Under the pieces are notes generated by a model that was not told where the DNA came from, did not search any database, and was given only the letters and a program-made list of their open reading frames with translations. A DNA stretch of 64,000 nucleotides from Octopus vulgaris (lineage: Eukaryota), in contig OX597817.1 of assembly GCA_951406725.2 (NCBI GenBank), forward strand, positions 109,058,001 through 109,122,000. Direction: 5' to 3'. The position numbers and the translations under genes were made by a program. Each line of letters opens with the position of its first letter. The stretch's first letter is position 1. Shown here one piece after another: positions 1 through 14,750 of the stretch.

Positions 1-984
1 ACACACACACTCTCTCTCTCACTTTCTAATAATGTATTCAAAATTGCAATATTTCAGAATTTATAAGTCTTTGTTGTACCAAATAAGTACCAAATATAAA
101 ATATGTATCATACAACAGAGAGAGACGAATTATAAATTGTAAAAGATATAATAATAATAAACTAACGTAATCTGTGTGGAATTGGGTGAATGTCATAACT
201 CATATTATCAGTAACTGCTCCAAAAGAGTTCAAAGTATTACTGTAAATGTATGCTGTGGCTTCCAATCGTGCAAGGAATGAGTTAAATGAAAGAGACTGT
301 AACTTAAGATAAGTTATACCAATGCTATTGAAAGGAAGAGTACTGCCACCATATGAAAGGTAGTTTCATGAGACAAGGTAAAATGGATTTACGTTAGCAG
401 TATTGTAGTATAGGATATAAACAGGCTCACATGTTCCTCATAACCATTGCTGTGCATGCGAACGCCGCTAACGTTTGAACCAATGAGAAAGACCGGGTTA
501 GTATGGGAGCAGTGGTCTGAAGTTTAACAAAGGAATTTGATTATACTAGCACGGACTACGAGGCAGTGAAATCTCTTGTCAAGAGTACCCTGTTTAAACA
601 ACTGCAAGAGCATATTTGACAATGTAACAATAGATAAACTCTGAAGAAATTATTGGCTACGTAACCTGAAATATCAGATCTGATTCCAGCTAGACATAAA
701 CAACATGAATGTGTAGTAGGCTAAAAGTAGAAAACAAAAACAAACACATTTCGAATCCAATGTAGACAAATTTAAACCACTTGGGCAACAGTAGAAGCAT
801 GCAATGATTTCACTCTAGCAGTGGTCTGAAGTTTAACAAAGGAATCTGATTATACTAGCACGGACTTTCTGACTTTACGTTTTGATGTGTCAACAATAAG
901 AAGAATTTACATGCGCATTGCAAACAATTGCATCGCTGAATTATTCGTTTGATATGCAGTTCACACAATAGAGGCAAAGACGTC

Positions 985-1229
985 GATGATAAATGATGAT
1001 GATGATGATGATGACGATGACGACGACGACGACGACGATGATGATATTGATGATGATGATGATGATGATGATGATGACGATGATGATGATGATGAAATGA
1101 TGACTATGATAAAATGATCATGATGATTAGGATGCGGACGGGGAAGGTAGTGTTGGTTGTAGTAGTGGTGGTCATTGTAATAAAGATAACGTTAATGATA
1201 AAGAAAACAACAACAACCACAATAATAAA

Positions 1230-1283
<54 letters not shown>

Positions 1284-1549
1284 AATGATCAGGAAGTGGA
1301 GGATGGTGGCGATGGTGGTGGTGGTGGTGGTGGTGGTGGTTATGTCAGTTATGAAGACTGTAATGATGACAGCAACGATAACAACAATGGGGCTGCTGTA
1401 AGTTTGCTTCTGTTGATGATGTTGCTAGTAGGGATGATTCTGGTGGGGGGATGAGAATTTATGAAGATGACTTTTATAGCAATGTCAAAACCAACGTCAA
1501 TAACAATGATGTTTATTATGGTGATGGTGATGATGACAATAGTGATACT
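985..1549. repeat. Compound trinucleotide microsatellite (GAT/GAC/GGT/CAA)
   Basis: Direct reading: (GAT)n at about 993-1095 and 1230-1281, (GGT)n at about 1312-1340, degenerate triplets between. Confidence 0.95.
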
Positions 1550-2806
<1,257 letters not shown>

Positions 2807-3015
2807 ACGCGGAGGAGGGGGCGGAAATCTGTAGAAATAGATAATTGACAAAGATTTCTTCAGCTTTAAATGTGAAAGCAATAATTATGAAACGCAAAAC
2901 CTAGAACTTAAAGAGGGGAAAACTAGACATTTGTCGTTCATGCTTATGAACTTAGTAAGTCCCCTGGTCATTACTCTCTTGAGTATCTAAGCTATTACGA
3001 CCGGTTGCTCCTTAC

Positions 3016-3123
3016 TTTCCATGCTGTATAGGAGTCCCAAACCATAATGTTCCCACTAAATGAGATACCAGTCCATAGCAGGGAAATAAAGCAATAAAGT
3101 GACATAAATTCGTTTTCTTGCAC
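3016..3123 (-). other. Candidate spliced exon (108 nt, phase 0-0)
   Basis: Minus strand ttcag|GTGCAA...TGGAAA|gtaagg with open frame VQENEFMSLYCFISLLWTGISFSGNIMVWDSYTAWK. No homology recognised. Confidence 0.25.
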
Positions 3124-3795
3124 CTGAAGGATTCCACTGCTATTTATACTTGGGAGAAGAGAACTAGATTCATAATTTGATTTTCTCAACCTGTCACCAA
3201 AAGCTCCTAAACCATGTGATTAGCTGAGAACCAGTCAATCAGCTGTTGAAAGGAAGCTCAGTCGGATGGCCTTGTATCGGAGATAATGGTGGGTTAGCGA
3301 CATCACTGCGAGTGGCAGTTCTGTTGACTGACCTGTCACTCATAGTAATGACACCATTATAATCGAATACTCGGCATAATTCTATAAACAACAGTTTGCA
3401 ACACAAACACTCAAAGACATATTTATGCATGCATGTCTGCATAATACTCTGTGTGTCTGTGTGTGGTGTAGTGTAGTGTACAGTTCCGTGATGGTATAAT
3501 CAACAAAACAAGTACTTCATCTTGTGAGAAATAAATATTACTTAATAAATATAATATATGTTTTTATATACTATTATTGGTTTCATGCGATGAAAGCATA
3601 CCAGTCTGGCCCGATTTTCTCATTTTTTTCTCTCATCCTATCATCCTATTTTTAGCTTGTTATACCAAGTGGCGATTGTCTGAGCATTGCGCTAAGGCAG
3701 CAGACATGTAAAAAAAATACTGTCTGGTATGCTCTCATCGCATGATACTAATAGTAAGCACATAAAAACATATATACATATATTGTGCTTGTTAG

Positions 3796-3826
<31 letters not shown>

Positions 3827-3934
3827 CAAATGTGAGGATAAAATTCTTTTCGAAAAAAAATTATTATTTTCTCGAAAAAACTTTATCAATGGCCAGCATA
3901 TTAAAAAGTACCTTTAACGGTTAAATTTATAAAC

Positions 3935-4433
3935 AATTCATAAATGAGGGCAAAGGAAAAGAATTCTAATGCCAAAGATGCCGAAAAATTGGACATATTG
4001 TCCATTAACCATATAATTTTTTCACAATACGCACGCTACTCGAAAAAAGGTCGACAGAAATTTCTAAAAAATTCCATTATTACCATATCGGACCGATGGG
4101 TTGGAGTATTTCTCAAATGGGCTGGAGTATTTCTATTTTGGATGTATTTGGGGTACTTAGTTGTGCCCATGACTTAGTATTTGCTTCTTCCATGGGTGTG
4201 AGTAAGTATTTCATTTATTTCTTTTACCACATGTATCACTGACGAAGAGAGGGCTCTTAGTAGCTAACTCTGAAATCGGTCCGATATGGTAATAATGGAA
4301 TTTTTTAGAAATTTCTGTCGACCTTTTTTCGAGTAGCGTGCGTATTGTGAAAAAATTATATGGTTAATGGACAATATGTCCAATTTTTCGGCATATTTGG
4401 CATTAGAATTCTTTTTCTTTGCCCTCATTTATG

Positions 4434-4437
<4 letters not shown>
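3935..4437. repeat. Fold-back: 163-bp inverted arms (3935-4097 / 4275-4437), probable Penelope-like pLTR relic
   Basis: Arms are near-perfect reverse complements. The spacer carries a hammerhead core and the right arm abuts (TA)n. Confidence 0.9.
4224..4292 (+). ncRNA. Type I minimal hammerhead ribozyme motif
   Basis: ttacca-catg-tatca CTGACGA agag [18 nt] ctct GAAA tcgg TC^ cgata-tggtaa. Intact core boxes, stem II agag/ctct, near-palindromic stem III, imperfect stem I. Confidence 0.7.
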
Positions 4438-4514
<77 letters not shown>

Positions 4515-5015
4515 CAGACAGACCTACACACACACACACGAGAGCGCACACACACACACGAGTGCACACACACACACACACACACGCACACACATATATA
4601 TATTTATTCACATCAGATGAAAATACATATAGTTGAAGTAATCGTTATGTTCCTTCTGTATATATTGAATAAAAGAAATATTTTCACCTTTAAATCCAAT
4701 CTGTTTTCATCCTTTGTGCTATTCGAGAAGAATGAGTAATTTGCTTTTTAAATAACTTTAAATAAAGGACGTATCAGATCACAACGCTTGTCTGTATAAA
4801 AATGTTATTCATAACAAGGAACGTTATTTATCGCGATTAATAATGAAACGTTTAGACACAGCTTATATTTCTTAGTTGATCGTTTTTTTCCTTTCCTTTT
4901 TTTATTCCGTTATGCAGTGTAATTGAAACTTAACGTCTATAAGCTGAAAGTATTTTAAAGTTAGATTGGTTTATTCTTGCACGTATTGCTATATATCCAC
5001 TTAGCGATACATGTA

Positions 5016-5067
<52 letters not shown>

Positions 5068-5349
5068 CGTGTATTACCATTTACCATAAATGCCGCAGTG
5101 TATGTGATCTGACACACTATAGATTTTGTCAGTTCATTCACATTTTCGTTATTATAATACTGTTTGCTTTTCAAATATAGGCAATAAGAGTTAGTTGATT
5201 TAATTGACTCAAGTACTTAACTGATACTGAGTAAGACTGAAACCGCCGGTGCACTAGCAAAAACGGCTTTTCAACCATTCCCTGGCACATCAGTCACAGA
5301 TATAGCGTCTTGGTCGTCCATACACAAAGAATACATCTCAATGCATGAC

Positions 5350-5520
5350 GTGAAAGCGCTGTAGCCTAGGAGTTAAGTGGTTGCGTTCATGATCATTAGG
5401 TCGTGTGTTCGATTCATGGAAAGAGGGAACGTGCCGTGTTCTTGAGTGAGTCATTTCACATTGCTCTGGTTTTTACAGCTGATATATGTGCCAGCCAAAA
5501 TTAGTGTGACCCTCCATCTC
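5350..5520 (+). mobile_element. tRNA-derived SINE (family C), degenerate 5' part
   Basis: A-box-like tagcctaggagtt and B-box gttcgattc, followed by gtgttcttgag...tttcacattgctct, similar to the 33548-33840 copy. Confidence 0.6.
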
Positions 5521-8214
5521 GCCACCCATCTTATTATGCTCGCATCTTGCTAAAAATGGCTTTCAAATTATCGATATGTGTTATGGGGTTACAGGACGCA
5601 CGCACATATCTATATACATATATATATATCTTCTTTTTATCTCTTATTTGTTCTAGTGCACATGTATATATGCATGTGTTTATGCGTGAGTGTATGTGTG
5701 TGTGTGTGTGTGCGTGTGTGCGTGCGTGCGTGTTTGTGTGTACGTGCACGCGTGTGTGTCGTTTAATATACATTTTGCTTCATTGAAATTTCTGAAGATT
5801 AACAACAGATAATTTTTGGTAGACATTTTATGCAATACTGACAGCAATATCTGCAAAATTTATTTTAAAAAAAACATTGTTATGTATGAGTTATAGATGA
5901 AAATAATTTAATTAAAAATAAGTTTTTATGATGTTTGGATATTCAATATCATTTGAATATCTAGAGCTAATCATATTTTAATTAAATATAATTAATGAGA
6001 TTGCAATAGTCATTAAATCTGCACGCCGCTTCAATTATATTTCTGACAAAATTAAGCGCAAATAAACATCTTAAACCTTTCACACGTATAGAATATTGAT
6101 TTCCTATATACACAGAGAGCCTATGGTTTGTTGGAGAAAGACATTAGATGACGTAGCTTTCATAGTCTCTCAAGACTAATGACAAAATTAGGGAACTGGT
6201 TTTCTGAGAACCAACTGCTGCAACTAGTCAAAGGAGTCTCATCGTTCACCCTCAAATCTAACTTCATCTCTTTTCATTTATATCTAACCTTCTAACGAAA
6301 TGTCACCATGGCTAAAATAGTAGATGAGATGATCATGGAGTGCAATGTTTTTATTTAAAAGGCTCATATGGTGCTGAATAGCAACAACCAGAATTTTACT
6401 TTGTCTACAGCTGTAATATCCACTAGAATTTGCAGGCGTACAGAAATTCATTAAACTGAGGCGACACTGTAAGATATCTAAGATTCATAATTAAGATTCA
6501 TACTGCACGCCATACTCTCGATCACTACTAGGTGGAAAGTAGTGATCAGACATGCAGAGGCATTTTTCAATTGGAAACATAGATCTGCCTGCCACACAGA
6601 TCTATTTGTCATCATTCAGCCGACCGTTTTTGCGCACCTGGGAACATGAGGAGGGCCATTCAAAAACAAACCACATAAGAAATGGACGAGATTAATTACA
6701 TTAAAGCGTACACGAAATATGCCGAGTGAGTTTCTACATACTCTCCGTAAGTCGTCCATATTTTCCAAATAAAATTCTGAAACTTCTTTTGAGAAGAAAT
6801 CTTGTTTTTCTATCTCAATTTTTAAAGATGTCCATAGTAAAGTAAAAAGAATTAAACAAAAATTTCACTCTCAGAAATACCTTCGATTTCCTACCTTTGG
6901 TCGAGGCTATTTACCACCAACATTTCTTTTTAACTGTTTTTATAATTGATTCTCAACTACTTCAATTAAAACTGGGATCTATTCAAACAAATCAGCGTAT
7001 GTTGACAATAATATTAGAAATTTCTTTGTCTGGTATTTATTTGTTTTCCTTGTTGAAAAAAATTTCATATTTGTGTGTAGATTTTACTGTACGAAATTAG
7101 CTTTTAACCATTTTACCCTTTCGTCAGATATTTGTAATACTTGCGTCTCCGTAATAATATGTTTTTACAAATGTGTGACCACTAGAACATTTTTATATTA
7201 GACTACAAAACTCAGTGTTTTTATGAGAAAAAAATGGACTCAGCTCTGTAATCTAATGTAACATAAATCAGATTTGCAATATTGCCGGACCCTCTGCGGC
7301 ATGAATCAATAGACATTATGGAAACTAGTTACTGCGAAACAGATTGAGATTTTTCTTCTTTAGCATTAAGAGAGAATTGTACCATTAACGGGCAATAAAA
7401 TACAAGATTACACGAGTAATTTTTCCGGCGTACTATAATATAAGTCAGCCATAGTTCTCCCAGTATTAGAACATTAACGAAATTCCAATAATATAGTTCC
7501 CTAAAATGAAATATAGCGTTTTACCTGGATTTGCGTATAAACGTCCGTTGAATGGATGCCCGAACATAATATATGCTAACAAACAGAGACGAATACACTT
7601 AGAGTAAACACAAGATTTTTGTTAGATCAAAGTCCAAAATCGTCAAAGGCTGGTAATTCCCTTTGATGCAGTTGTACAATCCACACTGCAGCAAAAAAGT
7701 CGATATAACTAAAATAGTTTTGGCAATATTTAAACTTTCCGATGCAAGCTAACATATTTGCCAGCAGTTAAACGTCTACAATGATGCAATTTGATAAGTT
7801 GTATTTCCTACCAATCTCTACTGGATAGATAAGTACTGTTCCCGTTTTAGCTTGGGGTTGGATTCAATTTCACTAACAATATACGTAATCAAGAATATTT
7901 GATCAAGCAGACAACTCTTAACCACTCAACTATAGTTGTTACTTTTGAAAAGGACCCTCCTCAAATAGCATCTTCCAAGATTTTCGGATGTCGTAGATGC
8001 AATTTTTTTGTTACTGAAGAAGTTTCTTTTGATTTACATTTGTAGGTAGCATAGTAAGTAAAAATAATGATTGAATATACTAAATGCAACTTTATTAGAT
8101 ACCAAATACAGGGTAAGCAATTTCCACAAAAGATGTGTATTCTTGCATATGTAAATGTATACGTATGCATGTAAATGTATGCGTGTGTTGCCATTCCCTC
8201 TGTGCTTTTCTATT

Positions 8215-8242
8215 CTGATGAAGGACTACAGTCCAAAACGCC
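8215..8242 (+). ncRNA. Degenerate minimal hammerhead motif
   Basis: CTGATGA a ggact ac agtcc AAAA cg. GAAA is changed to AAAA, consistent with CpG>CpA decay. Confidence 0.45.
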
Positions 8243-8329
8243 TTTTTCGTTGATCATTTCATTTAGACATATTCATATATATGTATGTGAGTGTGTGTAT
8301 GTATGCGTAAAATGTCTGCGATGTGCTGT

Positions 8330-10800
8330 ACTAAAATGAACACAGACTTAAAGCGGATGTCTGACTACTAACTATTCAGACTTTGTGTTATCTGTAGTTG
8401 TATCTGTAATGAAACACATAAGAGTACTAAGTAAAAGTAATTATTATTGGATGATACATAAATACATTTATATTCGCCAGTGAGGGTAACCTGTTATGAT
8501 CTAGAGTTAGATGTTGTACTAGATGATTGTTACAGTTTGTGCTGCTACTGAATATTTTTCAATGATCGTGGACTGAAAGCCAAATCTGGATCAATAGATA
8601 AGAGTAGTTTCATTTGCTTTCGTTAGAAATTCCAGGGGAAAAGTTTGCAAATGTTTGTAACAGATCATGAGACTGTGTCATTAGCCATGGCTTGAAATTC
8701 GATATTGGAAAACTCCGTTGATGATTACACTTCTGTAATGTGAAGAAAGATATTAGCTAAGCCCTCTAGTAGAATAGGGAGGGGTCTTTCGTAATAACCT
8801 TCTTCTGAAGTCACCAGATAAAACGGAACATGGAGTTAACAGTCAAGAGACTCTTAATTTCAGACTTCTTAAGTTGATATGGCAGATAATTTAGACAATT
8901 TAAATTAGAGCTCACTATTTTGGATTGATGCTACTAGCTTGAAACCACTGCCCTTTTCAAGAAACAAAATTGAGCTTTATATTATGTCTTTTATAAATAC
9001 AGGAATAAAATAAAACGTTACAACATTTAAAATAAGATTAACAGAAAATTAAGCTGTTGATAAGAAGGCAAATTAACCACTTTTCCGATAGAATGATCAG
9101 AATGATCATTAATATAAAAAAACAACAATATAGTTCACATTTGTATTATTTTAAATATTTGTTCCTGAATTTTTGTCATTGATATCATGTAAAAAGTGTG
9201 GCCAACTCGAAGGAAAAAAAGAGATATTGACTGGAAAGAACTGAAATGATTACAATCGAAAGAGATTGGCAGTAAAGATAACATGGATATCGACAAATAG
9301 AGAAGATGCAGCTGCAAATTCATAGCTATTGTAGAGTATCAACTTTTAAAATAAAGATTTACTTTAAAAAAATAGAAAAACATGAACACTGATCTGAAGT
9401 AACGATAATTTTCTTTCCACGTGGTAATGTAACTGTGAGGCAGGAAAACAAAATAGTTAATAATGTAGGAATAGCATTAAATGCTCTATATAATAAAGAT
9501 AGTAAGAATTTGGAGAAGATATTAACAGTGTGACAGAAATATGTTACCGAAGCTAAATATGTGATACTATTACAGTGTTTTGGATGGTATTTTAGTACGA
9601 CTTCTAAGAGGTCTAACGGCAACGATGTACTGGGTAGTATTTATACGAGAGATTGGACGGTTGTAGATAGATGTTCTTGGTAAAGGTGTACCCTGTTGCT
9701 CTATCAGTGATAAACAGAGAAAAAACAACAATACCAACTAAAATTTGACAGTGGATACAAAAGAGTATTTAATTTGGTGGAGCCCATTTCCAAAATATCG
9801 AGAATTTTCACACATTTATATCTATACTACTGAGTGGCAATAGAATATGATATAAGCATTAAAAATATGAACTAATTATGTAATTTATTAAAAGTAAGAT
9901 ATCAAAATTTATTAGTTGATCTCTATTTGTAATATAATACTTGAGGGGTTTAAAATGCTAATTCATATATAACGATGTTATGTTTTGCTACTTGAAAGGA
10001 AGCAACATATATTAATTATTATTAAAAGTCAATTGAGAAAAACTCGAAAATCTGATTTTATGATTAGCATGTGCAAGGAAATATGATAGGTGATGTGAAT
10101 ATTATTTTCTGTACTATTGCTTTTAAAGATGGGAATCATTTCAAAGCTAATAATAACCTGAGGTAATCACTGATGGATTGAGTGAAACCACTTTATAAAT
10201 TTTTTTTGGCGGTTAGAAGAGGTGCTTTATTTCTGATTTTGCAATAAACATTTGTATAAAATAAAGGTTTATAAAAGTACAAGTTGTTTAATCTAGATTG
10301 GAAATGAACGTAGCTATTGTAAACTAAATAGAACTTGTTGAAAAATTGCTTCAGTAGCTAAATATGTGTTTTGAAGATTTAAATGGAGTTAAAAGCAAGT
10401 TGAATCATGCACATCAGATAATTGTTGTTAAGTGTAAGATATCACCACAGGGAAAATTGACATACGATTATAGCTAATAATTCCGAAATAATTTACCTTA
10501 AATGCAGGCGATACCAGCCACAGAAATTTTCATATTATAAGAGGTGCGTGCTTTTAACGTAAACTACCTGTAATTCTTAGTTAATTTCGGATTACTAAAC
10601 TCACAAAATCCTTAATCAGATAATTCTATTGCGAGCAGCTCAATATGCATTGCGCAGTTACAAGAATTCACTATTAAGCTATCGTATAAATCCCTATCTG
10701 TATGCGAAGACACTATATTGATTCTGTTATTAATTACAGAGAGACTGTCGGATCAGAGAAAACTAGTGATGATTTGTGTTGGAAAGGCAAAATGTTCACA
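8330..10800 (+). mobile_element. Highly decayed L1/Tx1-like LINE remnant
   Basis: Ordered faint motifs across frameshifts: TDHETVSL...RYWKT (EN C-terminal SDH...YWKxN), LLQCFGWYF (LxxFGFG), SW*RCTLLLY (VRQGCPLSPLLY). Boundaries are approximate. Confidence 0.35.
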
Positions 10801-11639
10801 CAGTGAAATAATTATGCTGCAAAGAGAGGGAGGAGAAGAGTTTTACTAATGCTGGCTGTCACATAAATTGGGAATAATGTGAGTGAGAAAACATTATTAT
10901 AACAGTAAAAAAAATGGAGAGGTGGTAAAATAAGAGATGCAGAAAGAAAGACGCGGAGTGAACAAGAGGACAGAGGCTTCACTAAAAATGGCAAAGGCTA
11001 TATGGAGACCACGACCAAAACTAGAAGGAAATCGAAAGAAGAACCCCCTAATTATTTTTAATGTTGAAAAGACGAGATAAGAATAGGCAGTCACTATGCG
11101 AACAAATAACCCATACGTACGTACTTATGCAGATATCTTTACTGAAATCGATAAAGATGTGTAATTAAAGCGTACAATATATGTATTTGTGTGTGTGTAA
11201 GTAAGTAAACTTAGAGGTTGGAATAACCGTCTAAGGGATAAGAATATCCGTTATTACCACCGGTCTAAATTACCTATGTTAAGCCTGGCATGAATATGCT
11301 CGTAGGGTACAGGCAATAAAAAGATGACGAAGATTATTCTCATAATTTTCTATGTCGGCACCGATGACATAGGCAGCAAAAACGACTGTTAGCAATGTTA
11401 ACTTTTGTGCTAAAAAATAATAACTGACGGTAGTTAATTTGGTTGTTGATCAAATGTTTTCTCCATTTTCTGGTTATTTTAAATTTCATATATATATATA
11501 TATATATAAAGTATGTGACAATTAGTTGGTTGTCACATATTGTGTTTATAGATAAATTCCTCTATTTTGCATAATATCGAGGTCTCATTCATTATTTTGT
11601 TGTCATATCATTATTATTATTAATACCCCACTGACTGAC

Positions 11640-12090
11640 TTTTTGTATCTTTTTTTCCACGTTTGTTAAATATTTTGTTAATATGTGGTTTGTTACCCTT
11701 TCTTCGGTATCCCCCAAGCATTTTGTGCAGCGTAGAGTTCTGAAATTAATCAGCAAGAACTTTCGCATATGGTACTCTACGAGTAAGGTTAGGAAACTTA
11801 GATTCTCTGGAAATCTTCTTCTGCAAGAGGGATGGCGATTTTCACCTATTTGGGTCAATAGTCCGTTCGATGCATTTATTGTTTTTCATAAAAGAGATTA
11901 TGCGAAGATATCATGTGCCACCGAGGTTTTAGTAATGCTGAAAATCTCTTTCCCCCTGCATCTGGAATAGACGCAGATGTGATGGGTCTATTCTATTGAA
12001 ATGAATAATTTGTGAATCAGATCTAAAAGAATGTATGCTGCAAGTTCTCCTTTTCGTGGCATTATTTGTATCAACATTTGTAATCAATTT
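11640..12090 (-). mobile_element. Possible Helitron PIF1-helicase C-terminal remnant
   Basis: Fragments NLGGT*YLRIISFMKN (LCNGTRL), CRRRFPENLSF (RRQFPxxLSFAMT) and SELYAA (GQLYVA) occur in the expected order. Heavily degenerate. Confidence 0.35.
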
Positions 12091-12559
12091 TATTTTTTAA
12101 AAAAACATTTGACCGTGAATGAAATTTGACCTCACATCACTAAATTTGCTTTCCTGTTTAAATTAATATCAGCTAATATGTCATTATCAGGAGCATCTCC
12201 AATTAATCAAAAATTCTGTTAAAACTGCCACATTGCTACTGATTCTAGAGAAGGCCAGAAGGACAAATTTATGCAGTGAGAAAGCATGAGGAAGAGAAAG
12301 GGAGAGAGACAGAAAATGAGACGAAGAGAAACTGAGAGTGAATAAAGTGTTGACAAAATAAGTATAAAATAGAGAAATAAATAATGATGGAGAGAAGGAG
12401 AGAAAGGAAAAAGAATTCCTGGAACTACAGTGTGGATCCTGGAAGAGTGTAGAATAACAAAAAGAGTTTTAGTACGTTGCCAATGTAGTAGTAGTGGAGT
12501 AGCCCGTGATAGCTAAATACAAGAGTTGAGAAAATGGACTTACATACACAGGCTTTCTC

Positions 12560-14405
12560 AAATATATGAGCAGCTACGACCGAGCTGGGGAGGGAGTCTC
12601 TAACCGCGTCAGGTTATTTATCCTGGATATCCTAAAAAAACGCATACACTCCATAAATCGGCAATGGGATGATCGGACAATCTTGAGCAGTGTAAGTGGC
12701 TTAACCATGTATACGTTTCAAAAAAATTGATACTATCTTCAAACGATGTGGCCTGTCTATAACTGTTAGTACTAACATTTAACAGGCCGACTTTCTGGGC
12801 GTAACCCTAGACCCCGTGTAAGGCAAGTACTTCCATTACAGAAATTCTAACAAGGAAGCAGTTTACGTCCATAAACACTGTGACTACTCCCCTAACTTTA
12901 GATAGAAATCTTGTCATAATTACTACCTGCAAAGTATGGGGCAAGACCAAAACGTTCGGAGTAGGGGGTGATTTTTTTCATCGACCCCAGTGCTCGACTG
13001 GTACTTATTTTATCGACCCCGAAAGGATGAAAGACAAAGTCGGCCACAGCAGAATTTGAATTCAGAACGTAAAGGCGAACAAAATACTGTTAACGATTTT
13101 GCCAGCTCACCGTTTAAATCTAGACATAATTTTTCACTGAAGAATCTCAAATCTATAGGCGGACAGAGCAATCTTTAACAGGGTGCACCTCCTATAACAA
13201 AAAACAAGTTTAGGAGAGGGTTTAGCGATAAGGTTTTGTAAATAGAGCCGAACTCGGATGGGGTAAAATAGAAAAGTAATAACGTTATTCTTCCATTCAA
13301 TCTAGATGTTTTCTCTGTTTTAGGTAGAAGCTTCCCAACGTTAATTAAGAATCATTTTCGAAGAACTTATAGTTATCATAAACTTTTTAATTCCCATTGC
13401 TACGAGGTTAGCTTTTCATGCGTAAATAATATTATTTCCAACATTCAATGATGCTACAAACCGTGAACATGCAACTGCACTCTTCCGCCCTACACCCCAC
13501 TCTGTAACTGCGAAAATATTTCCAACAGCCACGAAAGGATCTTGCTTCTCGATTAATGTGGTCTTGAGAGACACATCCACAATAGGGGTAGGAAACCCTT
13601 AAATTTATGAGAAGATACAGGCAAAGCATGCACTCCGTGATGTTTATGGGCGAGAAAGACTCTATCACCCAGTCTCGCCTCTTCATCTGGAGTGCCCAGG
13701 ATCATTAAAGAGACACATCCAACAACATATCGAGCATCTTTGAGAGGGTTCCGCGTTACAAACCTGGAACTCATAATTTCCAATTCTGCTTCCGTTCTAA
13801 ACTATCCCTGCAGCATTAGCTCTCAGTGTCTACTTACAGAAAAGAAGCACCTATCTTATTGTTACCACCTGCTAATTAACTTCAAAGGTCTGGTCATTGA
13901 TAAACTAAATATATCCCCCGAGGACAAACTGTCTCACTTGTAAAGGTGGTGGTGTATAACATTCCATCTGTTCGTAGAAACTACAACCTACTTGTGTTGG
14001 TCATGTGAACTCATTTGTTACCTGACACCATCAAATCGGTTCCTCCCACATTATAACTGTGGTCGCTAAAGTATTCATACTCTCCAGACTGATGACTAAT
14101 TGCATGAATAGCAACAAAATCTTTTCTACCCACTATATGTGGTATCGAATGTGAAAAAACCTTTACCGCTGAATATATCATTGGAAAATGCTGACTGTTC
14201 GCCAACATCCTGGATGCAACACGGTACACCAAAAATAAAATAAATAACTATTGTCACTTAGATAACATAAGTGGCCATGTTATCTGAACTGAGCCACGAA
14301 GGCCATAGACACATAGAAGCTATTATAAATTTATTTTAAACCCTCTCAACGTTTTTACCGAACATCTGATGACCTAGACGAGCTCTTCGCACACGAAACG
14401 TAAAG
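12560..14405 (+). mobile_element. Penelope-like retroelement (Naiad-type) pseudogene: RT, linker and GIY-YIG endonuclease
   Basis: MSSYDRAG (MGSYDGAE), IFKRCGLSITVSTN..ADFLGVTLD, VYVHKHCDYSP (YIHxxSNHPP), LIKNHF..YHKLFN..VSFSC, CNC..(C)PRKGSCFSINVV, ERVPRYKPGTH. Interrupted by a SINE at about 12938-13113. Hammerhead-like ctgatga...gaaacgta at 14366-14402. Confidence 0.85.
12938..13113 (-). mobile_element. Nin/Deu-domain tRNA SINE (family B)
   Basis: Minus strand gtctttcatcctttcggggtcgataaaataagtaccag resembles the Nin/Deu domain, with a tRNA-like head. Confidence 0.8.
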
Positions 14406-14435
14406 TAATATGAAACTGAATCAAAATGTACATGA

Positions 14436-14468
<33 letters not shown>

Positions 14469-14716
14469 CTCCCACACAGACACACATACATATACATATA
14501 TACATGTGTATATATGTGTGGGCGGTGTGGAGGTGTATATATATATATATGTGTGCGGAATGACAGTGCGAAGCAGTGATGTGTATAAATACAAATTTGT
14601 TACTTGCTCAAATAAGCTTGAGGCATATTCGAACCTATTCCTTGTATTTTGTCATAGAAATAAATTCTCGTTGCAGACAAATAGGTGTCACAGCGCCCTC
14701 AAATCAGACTGCTGGA

Positions 14717-14750
14717 TACCTAGATTTCGAAGTGGTTATCTCCTCCTCAG
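14717..14750 (-). ncRNA. Minimal hammerhead motif
   Basis: Minus strand CTGAGGA ggag ataacca cttc GAAA tctagg TA^. Stem II ggag/cttc, near-palindromic stem III; stem I is imperfect. Confidence 0.5.

Noticed and set aside
5870-7400. hAT (Charlie-like) transposase remnant on the minus strand
   Set aside because: Only faint motifs (LLLFST, DLRV, LMFP) across many stops, and no TIRs found; insufficient without a profile search.
7500-8000. Third Penelope linker/endonuclease remnant upstream of the 8215 hammerhead
   Set aside because: Only weak resemblance (FPLMQLYNPH, QEYLIKQTTLN); needs a profile search.
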